Positions 33,223 through 42,873 of a stretch of 42,873 nt of DNA are shown in pieces (positions within the stretch are counted from its first letter, which is position 1; every line of letters starts with the position of its first letter). The position numbers and the translations under genes were made by a program. A model generated the notes under the pieces. The model saw only the letters and a program-made list of their open reading frames with translations, was not told the origin of the DNA and did no database searches. Source of the stretch: Stramenopiles sp. TOSAG23-2 (lineage: Eukaryota); assembly GCA_900128395.1 (NCBI GenBank), contig LT649297.1:1-42873 (forward strand). Direction: 5' to 3'.

Positions 33223-34731
33223 ATGGGTTGTACACAATCAAATGAAAAAATATCACCACAAGCTAAAAATGGTGCAGATTCTATTGTCAACAGGGCCCAA
33301 ACAGGAAATGAAGCAAGTACTATGTTGCAACATTTAATACAAGAACATAGGAAGGAAAAAGTTGATTCTGTTTACGACATCAATTGGGACGATGGCCAAG
33401 CATTAGGCTCTGGCGCGACAAGCACCGTACGTATTGCCATCAATAAAACAACAAAAGAAAAATTTGCATTAAAAACTATTGAGTTACATCGTTTACCACC
33501 TTCTGTTGTCCAGTCGTTATATGAGGAAGTAAATATTATGCGTGCCTTGGATCATCCAAATATTATTAAAATCATTGAAACCTTTGTTGATTTCAAACGA
33601 TTGTACATCATCATGGAGTGTTGCACTGGCGGGGAATTGTTTGACAAGCTGTACGACCAACCTGGTGCAAAATTTACAGAAAAAAAAGCCTTGGAGCTTG
33701 CAATAAAGATGTGTAGTGCATTAAATTATTTGCATCAAAATAAAATTATTCACCGTGATTTGAAGTTGGAAAATTTTATTTTTACAACGAAAGAAGACGA
33801 TGGTGAAGTGAAATTGATTGATTTTGGCTTGTCCAAAGCGTATTTGGAAGGGGAACACATGCGTAAAGTTGCTGGTACAAGTTATTACATGGCACCAGAA
33901 GTATTGCGTGGGGATTATTCCGAAGAAGCTGATATGTGGAGTTTTGGAGTTGTTATGTTTATGTTACTCAGTGGTCGTTGTCCATTTGGTGGACATACTG
34001 ATGAGCAAATCCAAGATAATGTTTTACGTGGTAAATATGTTTTCAAACAAGCTGCATGGGATGGTGTATCCAATGAAGCAAAAGATTTTATTAAGAAATT
34101 ATTAGTACAAGATTATAAAAAACGCATGACTGCAGCGGAAGCATTAGATCATGCATGGATGCGTGGTGAATCAGTAGGAGGGTTAGAACATCATTTATCA
34201 GAGGAAGGGGAAGATCATTTAGTACATCATATGGCAGAATATCGTAAATATTCCGATCTGAAACGTGCAGCGTTGCTTGCTATTAGTTTCACACTTGGTG
34301 AAAAAGATCTGCAAACTTTACGTGATGCATTCCAAGAAATTGATAAAGATCATACGGGTGTCATATCGCATACAGAATTCAATGAGATTTTGCATAAACA
34401 TGGCATTATGGATGATGCTGAATGTAATCGTATTTTTGATTCCATTGATCAAGATCATCATGGTGTGATTAAATATACAGAATTTATCGCTGCATGTGTA
34501 GATGAAAGCGTTTATTTGGAAGATAAACGTGTTGTTGAAGCATTTAATCGATTAGATGTCGACCATACAGGTAAAATAACAAAAGATAATTTAAAAAGTT
34601 TATTAGGTGACGATGTCACTAGTGAAGCATTAGATCGTATGATAGCAGAAGCAGATTTCCATCATGATGGTATGATTGATTTAGATGAATTTAGGAGAAT
34701 GATGAAAGGAGAGAAAGCTCCTGAAGCATGA
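33223..34731 (+). CDS. CDPK: Calcium-dependent protein kinase with N-terminal myristoylation/palmitoylation motif
   Basis: MGCTQS N-terminus; GSGATS, ALK, HRDLKLEN, DFG and APE motifs; junction LKRAAL; four EF hands. Confidence 0.96.
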   Translation: MGCTQSNEKISPQAKNGADSIVNRAQTGNEASTMLQHLIQEHRKEKVDSVYDINWDDGQALGSGATSTVRIAINKTTKEKFALKTIELHRLPPSVVQSLYEEVNIMRALDHPNIIKIIETFVDFKRLYIIMECCTGGELFDKLYDQPGAKFTEKKALELAIKMCSALNYLHQNKIIHRDLKLENFIFTTKEDDGEVKLIDFGLSKAYLEGEHMRKVAGTSYYMAPEVLRGDYSEEADMWSFGVVMFMLLSGRCPFGGHTDEQIQDNVLRGKYVFKQAAWDGVSNEAKDFIKKLLVQDYKKRMTAAEALDHAWMRGESVGGLEHHLSEEGEDHLVHHMAEYRKYSDLKRAALLAISFTLGEKDLQTLRDAFQEIDKDHTGVISHTEFNEILHKHGIMDDAECNRIFDSIDQDHHGVIKYTEFIAACVDESVYLEDKRVVEAFNRLDVDHTGKITKDNLKSLLGDDVTSEALDRMIAEADFHHDGMIDLDEFRRMMKGEKAPEA

Positions 34732-34908
34732 AAAATAAATAATCCGTACCATGAAAGCCTAATCGAGACGTAGAGAGAGTATATATATATTATACGCGTG
34801 TAATTACAAAATCAAAAAAAGTATCTACTGTAAAAGACAATACTGATACGGGTTATATAATAAATATCTGTATGAAAACATGTATATGTAGAGTACTCCC
34901 CTCTCTAT

Positions 34909-35628
34909 TCATCCTTGTTGTGCATTATCATCAACATTATTTGTTTTTTTATTATATTTTGTATCATCATCACCAGGCAAATCCCATGTACTTATGCCTG
35001 TATTTACATTGAAATAATAAATATCACCATCATATGTTTCAGAACGAAATCCAATCCAACCATCTGGTAAATTTAAATTTGCTACTGGAGTCGGTTCTTG
35101 ATTTTCCCTATTATTATTGTTGTTGTTGTTGCTATTATTTTTGTTACCACCATCAGTTGTTATTTCAGTAGTTGCATTTTTTAAAACATCTGCTTCATTA
35201 TTATATAGTTGATTACGATTTGCTATAAATTCCATTCGTTTATCTGCTTGTTTCCATTTTTCACCACCATCCTCATCATTATCTACAGGAGGTGCACCAC
35301 CACAATTACCTTTTTTCTGTTCCAACAAAATTCCAAGTGCTTCTTGCAACGCTTTTGCTTCTACTTTTTGTGGCGCTTCATTTGGTTTATATTGCGCAAC
35401 CAATGGATCCTCATCCATGTCATAATATATAAAAGGAGTTTCTACTTGGTCAATTTTCATTGTACCATATATTTTTCCACGTTCTTCCATATCTACTGCA
35501 ATTTCATCTTCATTAAATTTCACTCTTGGTTTTACATCATTGGATGATGGTAGAGTAGAAGACATATTAGGCGAAACTAAAATACTTTGTTTCTCATTGT
35601 TACTACTATTTACTACTATATTTGCCAT
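34909..35628 (-). CDS. Protein phosphatase 1 inhibitor-2-like protein with C-terminal WW domain
   Basis: KQSILV (SILK-like), RVKF (RVxF), YGTMKIDQVETPF (like MKIDEPxTPY), EFIANRNQLYNNE (like FxxxRKxHYNE), and WW domain LPDGW..YYFN..TG.STWDLP. Confidence 0.85.
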   Translation of the reverse strand: MANIVVNSSNNEKQSILVSPNMSSTLPSSNDVKPRVKFNEDEIAVDMEERGKIYGTMKIDQVETPFIYYDMDEDPLVAQYKPNEAPQKVEAKALQEALGILLEQKKGNCGGAPPVDNDEDGGEKWKQADKRMEFIANRNQLYNNEADVLKNATTEITTDGGNKNNSNNNNNNNRENQEPTPVANLNLPDGWIGFRSETYDGDIYYFNVNTGISTWDLPGDDDTKYNKKTNNVDDNAQQG

Positions 35629-35867
35629 GGTATATATATATATATTATATTTAATGTTTATTGTTTTCTATACTGTACTATTTCTATTATATATTTATTT
35701 TTTAGTTCTGTCTTTTTGTTCTCTTCTTTGATTATTCTAATTCAATTTTCATATAATTTTAATAATATATAATTATCAATGAAAACCTGGAAAAGTATAA
35801 ATTAATTGCATAAAATAATAAAAAAGAAATAGAAAGAAAGGTAAATATTATTATAAAATAAATCATC

Positions 35868-37079
35868 ATGTTTTGTCAAGGAAAAAAATGGAGGAAAATT
35901 ATTCGATATGAAGAAAGAAAAACAATATCAACAATAAAACAATGTATATTATCATCAAGACCGGGTATAGGAAACTCATGCAACCCAACCAATTTTAAAT
36001 TAACAAATATTAATGAACCACCATTCAAGGAATTGAATGATGGTGAAATTTATTGTGAAACTATTTTCTTATCTGTAGATCCATACATGAGATGTATGTT
36101 GGATGAAAATCATCCTCAATTAGGTGAATATTTAGAACCACAAGCATTAGGTCAAGTCTGTTCTGGTGGTGGTATTGGTAAAGTTTTAAAAAGTAATCAC
36201 CCTGATTTTAAAGAAGATATGTATATTTGTGTACCATTTTTAGGTTATCCATGGTCGAAAAAAGCAATATTACAAGCAAATGATCCAAATCTAGATGTAC
36301 AACGCTGTGCATTAGATAGTCGGCCATCATTATCATTGGGTTTATTAGGTATGCCTGGATTAACGTCGTATTTTTGCATGTTGAATGATGGAAATCCAAA
36401 AGAAAATGAAACTGTTGTAATCTCTGGTGCAGGTGGGATGTGTGGAAGTGTCGCTGCACAACTTGCAAAACGAAGAGGTGCAAATGTTGTAGCTATTAGT
36501 GGGTCAAAGGAAAAAAACCATATTTTAGAAACGTATTTAAACGTTGATAAAACAATTTGTTACAAGGATATTGATTATGAAGAGCAATTAATAACTGCAT
36601 GTCGTGATATGGGTGGTGTTGATGTATATATGGATAATGTTGGTGGTATATTGTCAGATGTAATATTAAAAGAAATAAATCACAATGCGCGTATACCAAT
36701 TTGTGGCCAAATTGCAAATTATGATGAAAATATAAGTTATATGGATATGATTTCCAATGAAAAAGGTATCTCATTGGAAATACAAAAAATATTAAAAGAT
36801 AAAAATGCAATACGTAAAAGATTTCTAGTTTTAGATTATATCGAACAATGGCCAGATGCATTGGAGGAATTAAGAAATTTAGTTGTAAATAAAGAATTGA
36901 AAACGGTGGAAACAATTGATGTTGGTTTTAATCCTGGAAAGGCATTTACGGACATGATGAATGGTGAAAATTTAGGTAAAGCTATTGTAGATATTCATGG
37001 TTCTATATTATTGAATGATAATGATGCGACGACATATTTTGAAAAGCGTAATGATAATAAATATTGGATTGTGAATTGA
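35868..37079 (+). CDS. PTGR2: NADP-dependent oxidoreductase, prostaglandin reductase 2-like (MDR family)
   Basis: LSVDPYMRC, LGMPGLTSY, VISGAGG.CGS, GVDVYMDNVGG, CGQIANY and GENLGK motifs. Confidence 0.88.
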   Translation: MFCQGKKWRKIIRYEERKTISTIKQCILSSRPGIGNSCNPTNFKLTNINEPPFKELNDGEIYCETIFLSVDPYMRCMLDENHPQLGEYLEPQALGQVCSGGGIGKVLKSNHPDFKEDMYICVPFLGYPWSKKAILQANDPNLDVQRCALDSRPSLSLGLLGMPGLTSYFCMLNDGNPKENETVVISGAGGMCGSVAAQLAKRRGANVVAISGSKEKNHILETYLNVDKTICYKDIDYEEQLITACRDMGGVDVYMDNVGGILSDVILKEINHNARIPICGQIANYDENISYMDMISNEKGISLEIQKILKDKNAIRKRFLVLDYIEQWPDALEELRNLVVNKELKTVETIDVGFNPGKAFTDMMNGENLGKAIVDIHGSILLNDNDATTYFEKRNDNKYWIVN

Positions 37080-37341
37080 TTAAAAATAAAATATGACAAC
37101 ACGCACATCTAGTAGGTACTATAGAGAGGGAATGTTATTTTGTAAATTTTATTACACTCTATTATTTATCATATATACTATTACAAATGTAAATTATAAT
37201 ATGATGTAATATTAGAACGTTAAAATCATAATATTCTCGACACAAAACCAACATAAGGCCAAACACCAAACACTTTTATCACACACGAACAGGGATAATC
37301 TATACAAGAGTATATAAAATGCATTATGATTGTTTTTCTTT

Positions 37342-37776
37342 TTATTGTGACTTCCGTGCAGCCCATCCTCTATCGCCATTGAATAATGGACTTTCTTCAA
37401 CACATTGATATGAATATGGTAATGGATATAATTTGGAACAAAACATAGTACTTAATGCCCCACCGACAGTATTGCATTTCGCTAAATTACTTATTTTCCT
37501 AATACTACGACATTGCTTATCTGTGCATTTTGGATTCTTCTTACAGTTTTCTAATGCTATTTTTTTTGTTTTAAACCATGGAAATTGTGATGTAACAACA
37601 TTCTCCTCTTTTAATAATTCTGATGGCGTCATTGGTCGATTAGCTTGATCATCATGATCAGTTGTTTTTCTATTTAAATATGGCGATATACCACCATGAC
37701 CTATATCCCATGAATGTGAAGGTATAATCAATGACGTTGTTATTAAAACCACGATCACTACAATAATAATATTCAT
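37342..37776 (-). CDS. Small secreted Cys-containing protein of unknown function
   Basis: Signal peptide MNIIIVVIVVLITTSLIIPSHS; 6 Cys in the C-terminal half. Confidence 0.65.
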   Translation of the reverse strand: MNIIIVVIVVLITTSLIIPSHSWDIGHGGISPYLNRKTTDHDDQANRPMTPSELLKEENVVTSQFPWFKTKKIALENCKKNPKCTDKQCRSIRKISNLAKCNTVGGALSTMFCSKLYPLPYSYQCVEESPLFNGDRGWAARKSQ

Positions 37777-38850
37777 TTTTATATATTTAATATTATATTT
37801 TTGTAAAAATAAATAAATATATATGATAGTATAAAAATGTATTGGATATATATCGCAACTCTTTTAAGAAAATCACTGAACGAATGAATTTCTAAATCAA
37901 GATATATGATAATAAAAGAATGTTGAAACTATTACACAATGTATTGATAGCATTGTGGGGAAGAAACAATCAAGCCTCATCAATTTTCTTACAGGAAATG
38001 TGTCCCCCGTTTTTTATTTGATTCTTCATTTTTTTATTGATGTGAATCGATTTATTATTTTTTTTGTGTTTTTTTATGTTGGTTTCTCCTATCAAAAATA
38101 TATTAGTCTAATAGCTATACTTTATATGGCCCGTTCTAGAAGAATTGAACCCACGTTATAAATATATCGTTTTCTAAAATGCCAATTTTATGTTTCATAT
38201 ATTTGTAAAAATAGCAAATATCCGAAAATATAGAAACAATTATGAATATTTCCCCCATAGTGAATAGTGTTAAGTGTTCAGTGTACAGTTTAAGTGTACA
38301 GTTTTGACCGGTTTAGCGAATAGTATTTTAATTTAGATTTTTTAGATTTCTTTTTTTTTGGGGCACGTGGCGGTGTACAGACGACTAGTTCCCGGTAAGC
38401 GATTCGAAACAATTTTTGTATTTTTGTGCTAAATACTGTATGCATAAGCCCCGCGCCGCGCATGGTGCGTGATATACTGTCTAGAATAATATATAGGATC
38501 AATTATATACGGTGTAGCATAGTTGACAACGTGGTAATTTTGACAGCATTTTTCCACACGCACACACGCACACGTGCAATTAATATGCACCTTACTTTTA
38601 TTATGCAAGCGTCTATATACATATATACTCGATACTGTCCACATAATATATATTTGTAAAGTTAAACGCGTGAAAATTATTACTCTCGTCTATCAATACC
38701 ACTTATAATCCTAACGTTAAAGTCTCGAATACAAAATTAAAACAGACAATAATAACAACAATACCCATAGTAGTAGTAGTAATAGTAGTAGTAATAAATA
38801 ATATACGTGTTGTTAATAGACCAATAGATAATAGACCAATAGATAATAAT

Positions 38851-41403
38851 ATGAAAAATAATGACAACAACAGTGAGGAACTTTTGCAAAAAGAAAGATC
38901 TAATTCAATAATTAAAAGAATAAGTAATGGATCTATAAATTCACAATCGGATCACGAACCATTCAATGTTGAGGATATATTTGAGATCGATGGTCCAGAT
39001 ATTTTAAGCGATTTCGATATAACAGATAATTTCGAAGAAATTTTTGAAAATAACAACGTGAATAATAATGAGAAGAACATAAAAGAAGATTCAAAAAATA
39101 CTTCCCCAACATTTTCCTCCTCCTCAAGCTCCTCAAGAAGCTCATCAACCAAACCATCATTAAACATTGGTAAAAAACAAATCAAACGGCTGGATAAAAC
39201 CATTCGTACAAAATTTTTGACAGAACAAGATGCGACTATTTTTCGTGTGACAGCGTTACATGAAACCGAACTTCACCACCCGCATGTGTGGCAGTTATTT
39301 TACGATGAGTTAAAGATTATTGGTTTTGTGAAGCATGATAATAATAAAATTCCATATGAAAAATTGGAATCATTATCTATGACTAGTTTTGTTACAAGTA
39401 ATGGCATTTATCATGATGTTCTAGGACATTTACCAGTAAAATATGCAGCTCTGTTAGCTATGTTTCGTTTCATATGTTATGTTTGTTATTGTAGTAATGA
39501 TCATGCTAAAAATAACCAAGTGAATTCAGATGGAGTATCTATATTAAATGAAAAATGCAGAGAAAATATTATTATTTTTTTCCGTAAATATATAGTTCCT
39601 GTGAAGCCACTCCAACGAGAAGAGGAGATACAGATAAACGAAGTTACTAATACAAAAAAAATGCGTATAAATTTAAGTGCAGATTTCAACACAAAAACGT
39701 GGCGACCAACTATACATACATCTGTTGCTTTACCACTATTAAATTCGTGCAAAACCGTTGCTAAAGGTAGCGAAAAATTATTTTTGGATGTACCACAAAG
39801 CTCTTATATGTCGGAAAATAAATATTTTATTTTTGGAGACTCAAAACAATCAATCAAAAAGGTAGGAAAATCTACCAGCAACAGCCAGGACAGTAGTAGT
39901 TCTAGTGGTGGGAAAAAACGCAACAACAATAACAACATCAATAGTAATAATAATATCGTGACGAAGACAACGAATATGCCAAACGATACATTAGCAAAGT
40001 ATAGATGGGAGAATGATAGCAAAAAAAATAAACTTTCTATAGCATGGATTCGTATTATAATGATTCAACAACTTCATCGCTCTGCTGAGTTGTGTGCTCT
40101 CTTTTCGGCAAAACAATTATATGGTAATGATGGAAACTTATTTGAGGAACAATGCCACTCTATAAACACATTTATTAAAAACGAACTAGCTGCGAATGTT
40201 ACGAAGAAAAGAAAACGACTGAATGAAAAATCTACTACGACACTTAAAAAAACCATAGGAACAAGGTTTGAAGGATTGAAATCTAGTTTGAAAAAGTTCT
40301 TTGGTATTTCTACTAATAGTGGTGATACTACAGCTGGCAACATTGAAAATATTGAAATTGACATAGAAACAATAGATAAGGAGAAAGAAAATATCACTCC
40401 ATCACCTTCCAACTTGATGGATAGTAGTAATTCTGACAAAAATGTTAACGGAAAATTATTGGCAACTACCATGTTGAAGGATTTTGTACCATCTGCTAAT
40501 ATGCAAAATGAAGTTATCCCATCACCACCTTCACTTTGTAAATTTATATTTGATATAGCCATTTGGGAAGTTTCTTTTTGCATAATTGTTTATCTTGATA
40601 CTGTAATACAAACACACATATATAAAAGTAAGATCAAAGTGGAAGGGTTTGATAGATTCATACAGTTTGAAGATAAATACATATTGGTTCAATATTTTCT
40701 TGAGGTCATAACATGGCTTTCGTTTTTAATTTTAATATGTAACAAATATTATGCGATTCATTACAAGGAAAAATCATCTTATGAATCCACCCGCAACATA
40801 TGCCTGTACATTATATCAATGTACTCTATAATTGCGATATGTTTTGCAACATATTTCCTGTATACAAGGTCCGGGCCATGTGTACAGTATCCATGTTATG
40901 CACCAAAATCGTTGAAGGGTTCATGTAAACCTGTTCCAAGAGAAATGCTTCCTATGACTCCACCGGGATACATATCGCATTGTTATGCATTCAACAGTAC
41001 AAAATGGCCTATTCTTTGCGGTATGAAATATTGCCATGCTGCATGGGATGATTGTGATACGAATGGTGGAGCAGACTATATGTACTTAGGGTTTCCAATA
41101 GAAGAAAAATTTGATGGATTAAACAATGATTTTTTCGATAGGGAAATAATAGGATCTTGTGAAAAATTCTATTCCACGTTTTTGTTTATGTTTGGATATT
41201 TTAGAATACTTACGAATTCCATATCCGCTGTAGGTGCTTTGAACCGTCTTTATTTTTACCCACATGGAAAAAATATTACTGATGTCTTGAAAGAAATACA
41301 ATTTGAGTGGGGATATTCAAGAAAAATTTTGATGGTATCTGCCGTCTTTGCTTTTATTTCCTGGATGTGGGTTTTTTTGAATTATGTTTTAACTCCCCGA
41401 TAG
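38851..41403 (+). CDS. Unknown multi-pass membrane protein with long soluble N-terminus and Cys-rich loop
   Basis: 850-aa ORF with about 5 hydrophobic helices in the last 300 aa and a loop GPCVQYPC..C..C..CGMKYC..DDC. Confidence 0.7.
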   Translation: MKNNDNNSEELLQKERSNSIIKRISNGSINSQSDHEPFNVEDIFEIDGPDILSDFDITDNFEEIFENNNVNNNEKNIKEDSKNTSPTFSSSSSSSRSSSTKPSLNIGKKQIKRLDKTIRTKFLTEQDATIFRVTALHETELHHPHVWQLFYDELKIIGFVKHDNNKIPYEKLESLSMTSFVTSNGIYHDVLGHLPVKYAALLAMFRFICYVCYCSNDHAKNNQVNSDGVSILNEKCRENIIIFFRKYIVPVKPLQREEEIQINEVTNTKKMRINLSADFNTKTWRPTIHTSVALPLLNSCKTVAKGSEKLFLDVPQSSYMSENKYFIFGDSKQSIKKVGKSTSNSQDSSSSSGGKKRNNNNNINSNNNIVTKTTNMPNDTLAKYRWENDSKKNKLSIAWIRIIMIQQLHRSAELCALFSAKQLYGNDGNLFEEQCHSINTFIKNELAANVTKKRKRLNEKSTTTLKKTIGTRFEGLKSSLKKFFGISTNSGDTTAGNIENIEIDIETIDKEKENITPSPSNLMDSSNSDKNVNGKLLATTMLKDFVPSANMQNEVIPSPPSLCKFIFDIAIWEVSFCIIVYLDTVIQTHIYKSKIKVEGFDRFIQFEDKYILVQYFLEVITWLSFLILICNKYYAIHYKEKSSYESTRNICLYIISMYSIIAICFATYFLYTRSGPCVQYPCYAPKSLKGSCKPVPREMLPMTPPGYISHCYAFNSTKWPILCGMKYCHAAWDDCDTNGGADYMYLGFPIEEKFDGLNNDFFDREIIGSCEKFYSTFLFMFGYFRILTNSISAVGALNRLYFYPHGKNITDVLKEIQFEWGYSRKILMVSAVFAFISWMWVFLNYVLTPR

Positions 41404-42037
41404 GGAAAGAATATATAAAGAGGATCTTGTAAAAAAATCTCTCTTTGTGACAATACAACAAAAACAAAAAATCTAATAATTTTTTTAATTTTTATAGACT
41501 ATATAATAAATGAAATAAATTTTATGCATATATAATATATATCATGTATGGAAGATCCTTAACTAAAACCCTTTTTTCCTGTAGTTTTAATTAAACGTTA
41601 AGGTGTTAGATGAATTAGAAAGCAAACCATAAATAATATGAACACAGCATCCCAGCATGGGATTAAAAACAACATACGAATACACAAAACCACAAAAAAA
41701 TCATTTCACATCTACCTAGGCCAAAACAATCATCTACACTACCATCAATTGTAGTCCAACCACAGCAGATAGGCACAGAAAATAATAAAAAAAATAAAAA
41801 ATGAATGAAGGTGCGAAGATATATATAATATTTAGATACACAAAAACATGGTACACATTTATGATGTGCTTACATATTGAAAGAATATCATAGCTACCAG
41901 AGATAGCGTGAAAAGATTAAAGTGATCGACAATTGCTCTTGACGAATAAGATATATATATATATTATACCATAGTATAACAACAAGTATGAAATCATATT
42001 ATACAAACAAATTAATAAAAATTTCATTTTTATTATT

Positions 42038-42470
42038 ATGTCTGAACAATGGTCACTTTCTTTTACACGAAGTGAATTTTCAAACGCGATTATTCATCGT
42101 TATCACGAAAAAGAAGATGAGGAAAAGAAAAAAGAAGATGAGGAAAAGAAAAAAGAAGACGAGGAAAAGAAAAAAGAAGACGTTCGTGATAAATCATATA
42201 TTAATAAACGTTCAATACAATTTTTAATTTTATCCATAGTTATTGGATGTACCTGTGCTATTAAGACAATTATTACACTTTAACACAATTATGCCTCATA
42301 CAGAACATACGAACTTATTAACAAAGTATGATACAATTGCACCAATGGTTATGTTCTTTGGTATGGTAGAGCTAAATGTAACAAGGGGAAGGGTTGCCTC
42401 TATAATTTTAGCGATTTTTGGTGGAATATTACCTCAAATTTTGTTGTACTTGTATAGAACAGCGTGGTAA
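42038..42470 (+). pseudogene. Frameshifted small membrane-protein ORF pair with (KEDEEKK)3 repeat
   Basis: ORFs 42038-42283 and 42243-42470 overlap in +1 frames and each has a hydrophobic helix; a 21-bp tandem repeat lies at about 42108-42182. Confidence 0.4.
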
Positions 42471-42873
42471 AAAACAGATAATACTTCGTATAATTTCAAT
42501 AATAATTAGGGCTGTGGCATTGAGGCCATCTGACCTCAATAATAATTATTGGTGTGAGGCCATTTTTATTTACTTATTAAAGTATATAAATAAAATAAAT
42601 TTTTCCTATCAAAGACGGTTTAAAAAATATTTAAGGTTTTACATAAAAAATCAGATGTTCGATTTAAAAAAGAGTCTGACGACGCAGACTATGTTCGATT
42701 CCCAGAAGAAAGATGCCCTTCTCCCAAGTACAAAAAATACCTAATTTGGCCTATCAAATATATCAAACACTACAAATCTACTGAGTATATGAAAAGGACG
42801 ATATTAAGTATAAATATAATAGGAAATGAAAAACAGAAAACATGGCAGAAAAACACACTTTTCAAGTGTAAAA

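Noticed and set aside
11252-35628. Calcium-signalling gene cluster (two EF-hand genes, CDPK, inhibitor-2)
   Set aside because: The genes are dispersed among unrelated loci and EF-hand genes are common in protists; no evidence of clustering.
42653-42706. tRNA gene suggested by GTTCGATTCCC and an AGTCTG/CAGACT hairpin
   Set aside because: The T-stem does not pair and there is no acceptor stem or D-arm.

Overview
AT-rich, gene-dense and intron-poor eukaryotic genomic DNA. Evidence for a eukaryote: GT-AG introns with CTAAC branch points, PEX5, a CDPK, a Kelch-BTB protein, and poly-Asn/Gln and (AT)n/(GT)n microsatellites. The gene set (TM-LRR-LNR protein, CDPK, secreted proteins with RRL motifs) suggests a heterotrophic stramenopile; this is inference. 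About 21 coding loci are present: LRR-LNR membrane protein (5'-truncated), three secreted Cys-rich proteins, Mss116-like DEAD-box helicase, a 1.45k-aa XK-family/LRR/multi-TM protein, two EF-hand proteins, Kelch-BTB, M13 peptidase, a spliced (CXX)22 protein, a decayed half-LIM repeat gene, an enolase-superfamily enzyme, two MFS transporters, PEX5, TMEM256, CDPK, inhibitor-2/WW fusion, a PTGR2-like reductase and two unknown membrane proteins. Most notable observations: (1) an apparent G-protein gamma (GGL) domain inside the XK-scramblase/LRR protein; (2) a PP1 inhibitor-2 homolog fused to a WW domain; (3) a membrane-anchored protein with 22 perfect CXX triplets; (4) a conserved 16-38 bp motif downstream of stop codons in three convergent intergenic regions; (5) a collapsed Ty1/copia relic and a MITE-like inverted repeat. 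Several frameshifts and perfect ~110-bp tandem duplications are probably assembly artefacts. All domain calls come from recognising motifs by eye; no database search was run.
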